The position numbers and the translations under genes were made by a program. A DNA stretch of 64,000 bases from Candidatus Sericytochromatia bacterium (GTDB lineage Bacteria; Cyanobacteriota; Sericytochromatia; S15B-MN24; UBA4093): assembly GCA_036676985.1 (NCBI GenBank), contig JAKFBU010000007.1, forward strand, positions 1 to 64,000, read 5' to 3'. Shown in pieces: positions 47,735-56,447 of this stretch (position 1 is its first letter; each line of letters starts with the position of its first letter). A model generated the notes under the pieces. The model ran no database searches, was not told the origin of the DNA, and was given only the letters and a program-made list of their open reading frames with translations.

Positions 47735-49507
47735 CTAGGCCATGCCCCAGCGCGTGGTGGGCAGGGTGACGTAGAAGGTCGTGCCCGCCTCCGGGCGGCT
47801 CGTGAAGCCGAAGAGGCCGCCGTTGGCGTTGACGAGCTTCTTGACCTTGGAGAGCCCGCGGCCCTCGCCCGGAACCTCGGGGTGCCCCCGGAAGCCCGGC
47901 TCGCCGATCTTGGCCTGCTGGTCGATGGGGATGGGGGCGTCGTTGGAGACGTAGATGGTGGCCCAGCCATCCGACAGGGCGCACCAGAGCTTGATCTCGG
48001 AGGCCTCGGGGGCGTACTTGTTCGCGTTGTCGAGGAAGTGCGTGACGATCTCAGCGAGCTCCTTGTCGGCGATGGGCAACTCGACGGTCTCGGGGGTGGG
48101 GGAGAGCTCCAGGTGCTGCGAGCGCGCCGCGAAGCGCGGCAGGAACTCTTCCGAGATCCGCTCGAGCAGGGTACCCACCTCCGTGGCGGCGGGATTGGGC
48201 ACGCCCTGGGTCTGCTTGACCCAGGAGAGCTTCTCCTTGAGGAAGTTCGAGATGAAGGTGATCTGGCGGTCGATGGCGGAGACGCCGAACTGGATCTCGG
48301 CGTTCTCCTCGGCCATGAGCTGGATCTCCTCGTTGATCAGGCTGATGGCCTGGGTGGAGTTGCGCAGGTCGTGGACGATCTGCCGGATGAGGGCCTCGCG
48401 CTCCTTGGCCACCTCCTCGGCGAGGATCTTCTCGGAGTGGCTGGCGGCTTCGCGCTGGATGAGGCGCTGGTTCTCGATGGCGAGCCCGGTCAACTCCGCG
48501 ACGCCGACCAGGAGGGCATGCTCCTCTTCCATGGGCACGTAATCGGCCGCACGCCACAGCAGCACGAGCACGCCGTTGGGCGTTCCCTGGTGCAAGAGGG
48601 GAATGGCCGAGCATTGCACCGGATCGTCCGTCTTGAAGAAGGTCCGCTCCGCCTCGGAGAGGGTCTCCAGGTGGAACTGCGGCACGTAGAGGGGGGTTTC
48701 GCCCTGGAGCGTGCGCATCAGGAAGCTGTCGGGCACCGCCGGCCAGCGGGCGGCCGCCGTGTTGGGGCCGATCTCGGTGCTCGCGGCGAGCGTGAAGTGC
48801 TGGCTCTCGTCGAGCAGGAAGACGCCCGCGAAGTCGGGCTGCAGGAACTGCCAGGTGACGTCCACCGCATCCTGCAGGACCGAGGGGAGGTCCAGGTCCG
48901 ACCGCATGGCCTTGGCGACCTTGAGGAGGATCTCGGCGCGCTGGCGCAGCCGCACCTCGTGCTCCAGGTAGCGCGAGCTGACGATGGCGTTGGCGGCGAG
49001 GTCCCCGATGGCGCGCACCAGCTTGAGGTCCGTCTGGTCGAAGCGACGGGCGGGGTCCATGCTCGAGACCGAGAGCATGCCGAGCATGTGGCCGCGGCTC
49101 TGGATGCGCACGCTGATGTAGGAGTGGATCCCGAGGTCGAGGACGTAGCGGGGGTGGATGGCCGACAGCCCCTGGGAGTCGGCCAGGAGCAGGTCCTCGC
49201 CGGAGGTGAAGGCGCGTCCTGTCGCGTGCCGGACCAGCGTGATGGGGAAGTCCCGGCACAGCTGGCGCAGGTGGTCCTCCAGGCCCGGCTCGGGCGAGAA
49301 GATGGCGAACGGCTCGAGATGGGTCATCTCCGCGTCGGGCACGAACAGGCAAACCATGCCGCCCAGGGTCTCGCCGGTGGCGCGCAGTACCCGATTGACC
49401 GCCGTCGTCAAGTCGGCCGGGTCGTTGAAGAGGGAGCTCGTCGTCGCCAGCAGGTCGAGGTCGCGCTTGTAGCGTTCGATGAGGAGCTGTTCCGTTGTTT
49501 CCATCAT
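47735..49507 (-). CDS. Cytoplasmic GAF-GAF histidine kinase
   Basis: Two GAF domains; VHDLRN H-box, LDNANKY N-box, GRGLS; atypical G1 box (SNDAP). Confidence 0.85.
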   Translation of the reverse strand: MMETTEQLLIERYKRDLDLLATTSSLFNDPADLTTAVNRVLRATGETLGGMVCLFVPDAEMTHLEPFAIFSPEPGLEDHLRQLCRDFPITLVRHATGRAFTSGEDLLLADSQGLSAIHPRYVLDLGIHSYISVRIQSRGHMLGMLSVSSMDPARRFDQTDLKLVRAIGDLAANAIVSSRYLEHEVRLRQRAEILLKVAKAMRSDLDLPSVLQDAVDVTWQFLQPDFAGVFLLDESQHFTLAASTEIGPNTAAARWPAVPDSFLMRTLQGETPLYVPQFHLETLSEAERTFFKTDDPVQCSAIPLLHQGTPNGVLVLLWRAADYVPMEEEHALLVGVAELTGLAIENQRLIQREAASHSEKILAEEVAKEREALIRQIVHDLRNSTQAISLINEEIQLMAEENAEIQFGVSAIDRQITFISNFLKEKLSWVKQTQGVPNPAATEVGTLLERISEEFLPRFAARSQHLELSPTPETVELPIADKELAEIVTHFLDNANKYAPEASEIKLWCALSDGWATIYVSNDAPIPIDQQAKIGEPGFRGHPEVPGEGRGLSKVKKLVNANGGLFGFTSRPEAGTTFYVTLPTTRWGMA

Positions 49508-49648
49508 GGCGCTGATTCTACTTGGGAGCGATGGTTCGCCGCAAGCAACGAGGCGCCGCCGGGCCTGCGACCGCCCGAGGGCCCGGAGTCGGCCTTGACA
49601 GGGGATCTTCCACCCCTTATAGGTAAGGGCGGCCCCGGGAGGTGCCGC

Positions 49649-50095
49649 ATGCCGTCCGATAGGCCTTTCGCCCTCAACATCCTCGACCTTGCCGCCCGCG
49701 CGATCGCCGCTCAGCTCCTGCTCGGCGCGCCCTTCGGTTTGGCGGACTTCGGGACGGTGCTCGCCAAGACCGGGTCTCCGGCGATCGCCTGGGCCGTGGC
49801 CTTTGCCTTCGGCTGTTACCGAGCCATCGGCCTGCCAATCATCCTGGGCGGGGCGCTCATCGGGGCGACGGATCGGCCGGGCCGCCTGTGGGCGGTGGCG
49901 ATCGCGGGCCTGCCCACCGCGGTCATAGCAGGCGGCTACCTGCCCCAGATCCTCGGCGTCGCCAAGAGCTTCTCGCCGGGCAAGACGCTCGGGGGCATCC
50001 TCGCCCTGTGGCTCCTGGGGACGATGGTGGGCATGGTCGGTTACGGCCTCGGACGCATCTACAGACAATCGGTCAGAAAGCAGGTGGACTCATGA
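49649..50095 (+). CDS. Hypothetical four-TM membrane protein
   Basis: GGAGG RBS; TTGACA-N17-TATAGG promoter at 49595; ATGA overlap with purB. Confidence 0.7.
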   Translation: MPSDRPFALNILDLAARAIAAQLLLGAPFGLADFGTVLAKTGSPAIAWAVAFAFGCYRAIGLPIILGGALIGATDRPGRLWAVAIAGLPTAVIAGGYLPQILGVAKSFSPGKTLGGILALWLLGTMVGMVGYGLGRIYRQSVRKQVDS

Positions 50096-51489
50096 CGGCC
50101 CTGACGGCCCTGTCGCCCCTGGACGGGCGTTACCAGCCGAAGGTGAAGGTGCTCGGCGACTACTTCTCCGAGTTTGCGCTCAACCGCTACCGGGTGATGG
50201 TCGAGGTCGAGTACCTGATCGCGCTCCTGGGGGCCGTCTACGGCACGGACGTGGGCCGGATGTTCGAGCCCGGGGCCTTCGAGCGGCTGCGCGAGATCTA
50301 TGCGCGCTTCTCGGTGGAGGACGCCGCCGAGATCAAGCGCCTCGAGGCGACCATCAACCACGACGTGAAGGCCGTGGAGTACTTCCTCAAGGCGCAGCTC
50401 AAGGAGATTCCGGGCTTCGCGGCGGAGCTCGAGAAGGTCCACTTCGGCCTGACGTCGGAGGACACCAACAACCTGGCGTACGCCTGCATGCTGCGCGACG
50501 CGCTGCAGGACGTGATGCTCCCCGCGCTCATGGACGTCTTGGCGTCCCTGGTGGAGCTCGCCAAGCGGACCCGCAGCACGCCCATGTTGGCCCGCACGCA
50601 CGGCCAGCCGGCGAGCCCTACGACCATGGGCAAGGAGCTGGGCGTCTTCCTGAGCCGGCTCGAGGGCGAGATCGCGGGGCTCAAGGAGTTCGGGCTCTAC
50701 GGGAAGCTGAACGGCGCCACGGGCACCTTCGGGGCCCTGAACGTGGCCTATCCGCGCTTCGACTGGCTCAACTTCGCGGGACACTTCATCTCGACGCTGG
50801 GGCTCGTGCCGAACCTCATCACGACCCAGATCGAGCCGCACGATCGCTTTGCGGCACTCTTCGACGCCCTGCGGCGGGTCCACAACATCCTGATCGACCT
50901 GGATCAGGACGTCTGGCGCTACATCTCGGACGGCTACTTCCGGCAGGTGCCGGTGGCGGCCGAGGTGGGCAGCAGCACGATGCCGCACAAGGTCAATCCC
51001 ATCGACTTCGAGAACAGCGAGGGGAACCTGGGGCTGGCCAACGCGCTCCTGGCCTTCATGTCGGACAAGCTGCCCAAGAGCCGGCTGCAGCGGGACCTGA
51101 GCGACTCGACGGTGCTGCGCAACGTCGGGGTGGCGTGGGGCTACGCGCTCTTGGCCTATCAGAGCACGCTCAAGGGCCTGAAGCGCCTGGAGGTGGATAC
51201 GGAGCGGCTGCAGTCGGAGCTGGATGCGCACCCGGAGGTCTTGGCCGAGGCGATCCAGACGGTGCTGCGGGCGCAGGGCTATCCGGCGCCGTACGAGGCC
51301 CTGAAGGCGGCGACCCGCGGGGAGCGGGTGACGATGGGCGACCTGCATAAGCTCATCGAGGGGCTGGACATCGACGCCAAGACGCGGGGCTGGTTGCTGT
51401 CCCTGACGCCCGCGGGCTACACGGGCTACGCCGAGCGGCTGACGGACCTGGCGGTCCAGGCGGCCGAGAGCGTGCTGGCGGACCGGTAG
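50092..51489 (+). CDS. purB: Adenylosuccinate lyase
   Basis: LSPLDGRY, HDVKAVEY, RTHGQPA, GSSTMPHKVNPIDFENSEGN. Confidence 0.98.
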   Translation: MTALTALSPLDGRYQPKVKVLGDYFSEFALNRYRVMVEVEYLIALLGAVYGTDVGRMFEPGAFERLREIYARFSVEDAAEIKRLEATINHDVKAVEYFLKAQLKEIPGFAAELEKVHFGLTSEDTNNLAYACMLRDALQDVMLPALMDVLASLVELAKRTRSTPMLARTHGQPASPTTMGKELGVFLSRLEGEIAGLKEFGLYGKLNGATGTFGALNVAYPRFDWLNFAGHFISTLGLVPNLITTQIEPHDRFAALFDALRRVHNILIDLDQDVWRYISDGYFRQVPVAAEVGSSTMPHKVNPIDFENSEGNLGLANALLAFMSDKLPKSRLQRDLSDSTVLRNVGVAWGYALLAYQSTLKGLKRLEVDTERLQSELDAHPEVLAEAIQTVLRAQGYPAPYEALKAATRGERVTMGDLHKLIEGLDIDAKTRGWLLSLTPAGYTGYAERLTDLAVQAAESVLADR

Positions 51490-51507
51490 ACTTTTCAGGT
51501 TTTTTCC

Positions 51508-51688
51508 AAGGAGGCCCCCCCCAGCCCCCCCTCTTGAGGGGGGGTGTAAGGATGATGGGTGGGGGAAAGCGAGGCTACTCCATCGGATCTTTGGTGGAGA
51601 GCAGGGCTACTCCTTAGGATCTTGGGTGAAACAACCGCTCCCGATGGCTTCCCCCCCTCTAGAGGGGGGGCTAGGGGGGGTTCTCCTT
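51508..51688. repeat. Subfamily A element with partial internal duplication
   Basis: Same ends and core as the 42536 copy; GGCTACTCC segment present twice. Confidence 0.88.
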
Positions 51689-51744
51689 GTTCTTCCCCAT
51701 GAAAAAGCCCCCCGGCCAAAGCCGAGGGGCACAGGAGCCTGGAA

Positions 51745-52287
51745 CTAGACCGCGGCCACCGGGGCCTCGACCAGTGCCGCCTCGACGTCGAGCTCGATCT
51801 TGACCTTCTCGCCGACCAGCACGCCGCCCGTCTCGAGCGGGGCGTTGAAGTTGACGCCGAAGTCCTTGCGGTCGATCGAACCGGTCGCCGAGAAGCCGGT
51901 CACCGTCTGACCCCAGGGGTTCTTGTGGATGCCCGAGACCTCGACGTTCAGGGCCACTTCCTTGGTCACGCCGCGGATGGTCAGGTCGCCGTAGACGACG
52001 TACTCGTCGTCGCCCTTGCGCTCGATGCGGGTGCTCTTGAAGGTGATCTTCGGGAAGCTGGGCGCATCGAAGAAGTCGTTGGCGCGCAGGTGGTTGTCGC
52101 GATCCGCGTTGTTGGTGTCGATGCTCGCGACCTCGATCTCACCCTCGACCGACGAGCGGGTGAAGTCTTCGGTGTCCAGGTTGAGCTTGCCGCTGTACGA
52201 CTTGAACTCGCCGCGGACGGTCGAGACCATCATGTGCTTGACCGAGAAGCCGATGCGGGTGTGGGTGGTATCGATGTTCCAGGGCAT
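51745..52287 (-). CDS. YceI-family lipid/polyisoprenoid-binding protein
   Basis: WNIDTTHT..FSVKHMM, RDNHLR..DFFD, GDLTIRGVTK. Confidence 0.93.
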   Translation of the reverse strand: MPWNIDTTHTRIGFSVKHMMVSTVRGEFKSYSGKLNLDTEDFTRSSVEGEIEVASIDTNNADRDNHLRANDFFDAPSFPKITFKSTRIERKGDDEYVVYGDLTIRGVTKEVALNVEVSGIHKNPWGQTVTGFSATGSIDRKDFGVNFNAPLETGGVLVGEKVKIELDVEAALVEAPVAAV

Positions 52288-52321
52288 GTGAAACTCCTTC
52301 TTGTTCGAGGCGGGAATCCGA

Positions 52322-52380
52322 AACCGGACCGCAGTCCGATTGACATGGCTACCCTAACCGGACTATAGTCCTCTTGTCAA
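52322..52380. promoter_or_regulatory. Two TetR operators on overlapping divergent promoters
   Basis: AACCGGAC-N4-GTCC at 52322 and 52356; TTGACA on both strands with TATAGT and TAGGGT -10 boxes. Confidence 0.7.
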
Positions 52381-52393
52381 GAGGTGAATCGAA

Positions 52394-53026
52394 ATGTTTG
52401 AGCTTCCCGTGTTTTCCCAAGGCTCCGAGGCCCCACCCGAGCGCGCGGACGCCGCCGAGAATCGCCGCCGCATCCTGGCGGCGGCGCGCGAGCTGGTCCG
52501 TGAGCAGGGCGCGTGCGCCGTCTCGATGGACGACGTCGCCAAGAAGGCGGGGGTCGGCAAGGGCACGCTGTACCGACGCTTCGTGGACAAGGCGGCCCTG
52601 ATGATGGCGCTCTTGGACGCGGAGGCGCAGGCCATGCAGGCCGAGGTGATGGAGGGCTTCGTCAAGCGCGCGGACGCGCCGCGGCTCTGCCTCTTGGCGG
52701 ACTTCCTCGATCGGGTGGCCGAGTTCACCATCGCGCATGCAACGACGCTGGAGGTGTCCTCCCAGCAGGGGGTGGGGCGTTTCGAGGCACCGCACTACGT
52801 GTGGATGCAACAGCTGGTCGTGCGGTTGATGCGCGAGGCGATCGCCCGGGGCGAGTGTCCCGATCAGGACGTGGAGGTCTTGGCGGATGCGGTGCTCATC
52901 GCGCTGGATCCGGCGCTGTTGGCGCTACAGCTGCGGCGGGGGCACAGCCCGGTGGCGATCCGCCGGACGTACCTGCGCTGGGCGCTGGGCGGGATCCAGC
53001 ATCCGTACGAGCCGCAGGGCGATTGA
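52394..53026 (+). CDS. TetR/AcrR-family transcriptional regulator
   Basis: ERADAAENRRRIL...AGVGKGTLYRRF. Confidence 0.93.
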   Translation: MFELPVFSQGSEAPPERADAAENRRRILAAARELVREQGACAVSMDDVAKKAGVGKGTLYRRFVDKAALMMALLDAEAQAMQAEVMEGFVKRADAPRLCLLADFLDRVAEFTIAHATTLEVSSQQGVGRFEAPHYVWMQQLVVRLMREAIARGECPDQDVEVLADAVLIALDPALLALQLRRGHSPVAIRRTYLRWALGGIQHPYEPQGD

Positions 53027-53058
53027 GCGTATAGCAACACGATAAACCCCTTCCGGAA

Positions 53059-53181
53059 GCTTCCCCCCTCTAGAGGGGGGGCCAGGGGGGGTTCTCCTCC
53101 CGTGCATGACCATCCCGCGATTTGCCTACGAAGAGGCGATTAATAAGGCGGACCCCCCCAACCCCCCCTCTAGAGGGGGGG
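53059..53181. repeat. Two back-to-back half-elements of subfamily A
   Basis: Right end C6-TCTAGA-G7-CCA-G7-TTCTCCT, then left end AAGGCGGA-C7-AA-C7-TCTAGA-G7. Confidence 0.8.
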
Positions 53182-53242
53182 CGATCAATTGGGGGAAGGT
53201 CATTGGGGGAAGGCCACTAGCCAGGTGGCTGGGTGGTGAGCC

Positions 53243-53743
53243 CTAGTGGCTCGGCGTGGCCGTCCCCACTTCGGGCAGCCCGAGGGCTTCCCACTGGTGG
53301 AGGCCACCCTGGAGCGCGTAGACCTGCCGGAAGCCGAGCCCTTTCAGTTGAGACGCCGCACCGGCGCTCTTGTGCTCGTTCGGTCAGGTACAGTACAGGA
53401 CGATGTGCCGATCCTTCGGCAGCGTCGACGCCTGCTGCGCGACCTGCTCGAAGGGCAGCCAGATCGCCCCCTTGATGTGACCCCGCTCGTACTCGCCCTG
53501 CGTGCGGACGTCCACGAACACGGGGTTCGGGAGGTCCTTCGCCTCTTCCGCCGTGACCCGGCGGATGTCCGCATGACGGTTGTCCGGAGCCTGCTGCGTC
53601 GGCTGCGACCCCAGGAAGGCCGCCGCGAACACCTGCGCCGCCCCCGGAGGCACGGGCGGCAAGAGCAAGTAGCCGACCATACCGGCCAGGACGGCCCCGG
53701 CCGACAGGCATGCGTTCAAGACGGGTGGAAACTTCTCGGACAT
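53243..53743 (-). CDS. Membrane-anchored rhodanese-family selenoprotein (C-x-U), 166 aa
   Basis: VDVRT..EY..GHIKGA...IVLYCT-[TGA 53384-53386]-PNEHKSA...VYALQGGLHQW..LGLP; the rhodanese domain completes only if UGA is read through; SECIS-like hairpin follows. Confidence 0.85.
53351..53370 (-). promoter_or_regulatory. Bacterial SECIS-like hairpin
   Basis: AGAGCGCC-GGUGC-GGCGUCU; G-rich apical loop about 21 nt 3' of the UGA. Confidence 0.65.
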
Positions 53744-53979
53744 GGCTCGATTCTCGCATCTAGGCGCCGAAAGGACCAGAGGAAGCGCCCCCGGCCCGCG
53801 CCAGGGACCATATACCCGGACCCCGTGCCCTCTACCACCCGGGCTCCCTACGGATCTCCCGACCTGCGGCTTCACCAAAGCTTAGTCCACCATTTAACAC
53901 GTTCTTACCGATTCGCCCTGCTCCGCCCCGATAGAGAACCTGGTGCCCCGTGGCGCCTGGCGACCCATTGGAGGAGACG

Positions 53980-55602
53980 ATGGCCGGTACGGTCGGAGCT
54001 TCCAACCTGATCCCCCCCAGCGCGAGCCGCAACGCGGCGCCGGCGCCTGCCGCCACGTCCCGCCAGCCCTGGATGACCGACGCCCGGCGCGAGGCCATCA
54101 TCAAGTCGTCGGACATGCTGCGCGATCGCTTCGTCCGCAGCGGCGCGACCCTCAGCGAGCTCGATCGCACCTTCTCCAACCCGGCCGCCGACACCTGGAC
54201 CCGCACCTCGGCCGTCGCCGGCGCCTCGCGCGAGCTCGGCAACACCCTGCGCACCGTCGACGCCCTCAACGATCAGCTCGAGGTGGTCATGGGCGACTCG
54301 CCCGTCTACCAGCGCCTCGCCAAGAGCGGCTCCGGCCAGGCCCTCGTCAACACCACCCGCGTGGCAGCTCGCACGATCGCCCCAGTGGCGGACGTCGCAG
54401 GGGCCATGACCGACATGTCCCGCGCCCAGGCCCAGGCCGCCCGGGACTTCAGCGAGATGCAGCGCGTCCTCGCCGATCCCACGGCCACCACCAGCGTCAA
54501 GATCGCGGCCACCGCGCGCGCCACCCAGAGCGCCTCCACCTACGTCAACCAGCAGCGAGCGGCCATCAAGGCCATCCAGGCGGCGGACGCCAACTACCTG
54601 AGCAACCCCACCTACCAGCGCCTGACGGCCAACGTGCGCAGCTCGCGCTCGGCCCAGCTCCTCGACAAGATCGACAATGTCCTGACGCCCACCACCATGA
54701 AGGTGGTCCAGGCCGCCGGCACGGGCGCCGGCGTGGTGCTCGGCGTCATCACCCTGCCCAAGCTCGTCGAGAGCGTGAAGAGCAGCTATCAGAACCTCAA
54801 GACCACCCTCGACGACGGCATGTCCACCCAGGACCAGAAGCTCGACGCCGTCGCCGACTTCTCCCGGGCCAGCGCCGGCACCATCCAGGGCGTGCAGGGC
54901 CTGCGCATGTCCGTCACGGGGCTCGTCGACATGGCGGCCGAGAGCCGCCTGCTCGGTTCGCTGGTCGGCCGGGTGAGCTCGGCAGGCGTCCTCGCCCGCA
55001 CGGGCACCTGGTTCACGCGGATCATGGGCGTGCTCTCGCCCATCGCGGACGTGGGCATGCTCATCGCCGACGGCGTGAAGCTCCGGACCACCATGAAGGA
55101 CCCCACGGCGACCTTCTGGACCAAGGCCCGCGCCATCCTCAACGTCGGCCTCGACGGCCTCAAGCTCGCCACCTGGCTCATGCCGCAGACCGCGGCCCTC
55201 CGGCTCGTCTACATGGGCGCCTCCTTCTTCCAGCTGGGCCTGGCGACCTACGACTTCGGCCACTCGATCGTTCCTGCCCTCAAGAAGCTCGGCAACGCCG
55301 TCCTGCATCCCGTCGAGACCGCCCGGGCCATGGGCCAGGCCATCGGCGAGGGCATGGTCTACGTCTCGAACAAGGTCTACGGCGCGGCCGCGGCCGTGGA
55401 GTGGGCCGTCTTCCATCCGGGAGAGGCCATGCGCGCGGTGGGCGCCAAGGTGTCCGGCTTGGTCGCGGGCGTCAAGGAGGTCGGCGGCGTCCTCAAGCAG
55501 TCGGCCCAGGTCGTTGACAACAGCGCGAAGGGGATGGTATCCCCCCCTGCAGGAACCGCCGCGACCCCCGTGCCGGTGGGCGCGTTACCCGTCACGCCGT
55601 AA
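53980..55602 (+). CDS. Hypothetical alpha-helical protein with disordered N-terminus and hydrophobic Gly/Ala-rich segments
   Basis: GGAGGAG RBS; strong codon bias; no Sec signal; no recognisable catalytic motif. Confidence 0.75.
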   Translation: MAGTVGASNLIPPSASRNAAPAPAATSRQPWMTDARREAIIKSSDMLRDRFVRSGATLSELDRTFSNPAADTWTRTSAVAGASRELGNTLRTVDALNDQLEVVMGDSPVYQRLAKSGSGQALVNTTRVAARTIAPVADVAGAMTDMSRAQAQAARDFSEMQRVLADPTATTSVKIAATARATQSASTYVNQQRAAIKAIQAADANYLSNPTYQRLTANVRSSRSAQLLDKIDNVLTPTTMKVVQAAGTGAGVVLGVITLPKLVESVKSSYQNLKTTLDDGMSTQDQKLDAVADFSRASAGTIQGVQGLRMSVTGLVDMAAESRLLGSLVGRVSSAGVLARTGTWFTRIMGVLSPIADVGMLIADGVKLRTTMKDPTATFWTKARAILNVGLDGLKLATWLMPQTAALRLVYMGASFFQLGLATYDFGHSIVPALKKLGNAVLHPVETARAMGQAIGEGMVYVSNKVYGAAAAVEWAVFHPGEAMRAVGAKVSGLVAGVKEVGGVLKQSAQVVDNSAKGMVSPPAGTAATPVPVGALPVTP

Positions 55603-55611
55603 GGATCCTCC

Positions 55612-56085
55612 TTGCCGAACCGCACCACTTCTATTCGCCGGCGGCGCCAGTCGCTCGTCGGGCTCGCGCTGGCGCTGGCGCTCCTCTCCGGGTGCGCCCG
55701 GGAGCCGGAGACCACGCTCGCGTTCCGGGCCCAGACCGAGGGCCGGCGCCTGGTGGTCGAGGGCACGACCTCGCTGCCGGACGAAGCGCCCCTGCTCATC
55801 CAACTGCACAAGCCGCCCGACATGGCCCCGCTCCTCGAGTCCACGGCGATCGTCAAGGCGGGCACCTTCACCACCGCCATGCCCCTGCCTCCGACCATGG
55901 CCGAGGGTCCCTACGCGCTGCGCGTCTTCTTCTCACCCCGCGCCCGCGCGTGGTCTCCCAGGGTCCAGGAGGTGGTCGGTCCCGAGGGCGAGCACCTCCG
56001 AGGCCCGCTCGTGCGCCAAGACCCGGAGGGCTACAAGGTCCTGGAGCGGGTGGAGCCGGTCTGGATCGGGCCTTCGGGCGTTTAG
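55612..56085 (+). CDS. Hypothetical lipoprotein
   Basis: Lipobox LSGC; beta-rich body. Confidence 0.7.
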   Translation: MPNRTTSIRRRRQSLVGLALALALLSGCAREPETTLAFRAQTEGRRLVVEGTTSLPDEAPLLIQLHKPPDMAPLLESTAIVKAGTFTTAMPLPPTMAEGPYALRVFFSPRARAWSPRVQEVVGPEGEHLRGPLVRQDPEGYKVLERVEPVWIGPSGV

Positions 56086-56163
56086 ATTTTTTAAGCTACC
56101 GGGGCGATCCGGAGGGGTACAATGCCCTCACCGTCCCATTTTTAGCCAGAGGAGCCCCTCCGA

Positions 56164-56445
56164 ATGAACCTGTTCTTGAGCGAAAAGGCCCGCGGCAACG
56201 CCTACCTGGCCTCCATTCTGCTCATCTCGTTGATCGTCCGCATGGTGCTCGGCATCATCCACCCGAACCTGAACATGGAGCAGACGGCGCTCGTCGGCGT
56301 GACGACCGTGCTCCTGAGCGCTCCGTCGCTCTACCGTTTCTTCTACAACGAGAGCATGATCAAGCCCAACAAGCGCATCCAGTACGTGGCGCTCTCGGTG
56401 GTGGCCTGCGGGCTCTTCCTCTACTACATCGCCTTCAGCGCCTAG
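56164..56445 (+). CDS. Small three-TM membrane protein
   Basis: GAGGAG RBS; three hydrophobic helices; coupled to aroE. Confidence 0.7.
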   Translation: MNLFLSEKARGNAYLASILLISLIVRMVLGIIHPNLNMEQTALVGVTTVLLSAPSLYRFFYNESMIKPNKRIQYVALSVVACGLFLYYIAFSA

Positions 56446-56447
56446 CG

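Noticed and set aside
47687-50095. 802-aa plus-strand ORF
   Set aside because: Mostly antisense to the GAF kinase; only the last 148 codons have a promoter, an RBS and a membrane-protein profile.
33493-53181. Repeats as a possible CRISPR array or IS element
   Set aside because: No regular repeat-spacer periodicity, cores are conserved rather than unique, and there are no cas or transposase genes.
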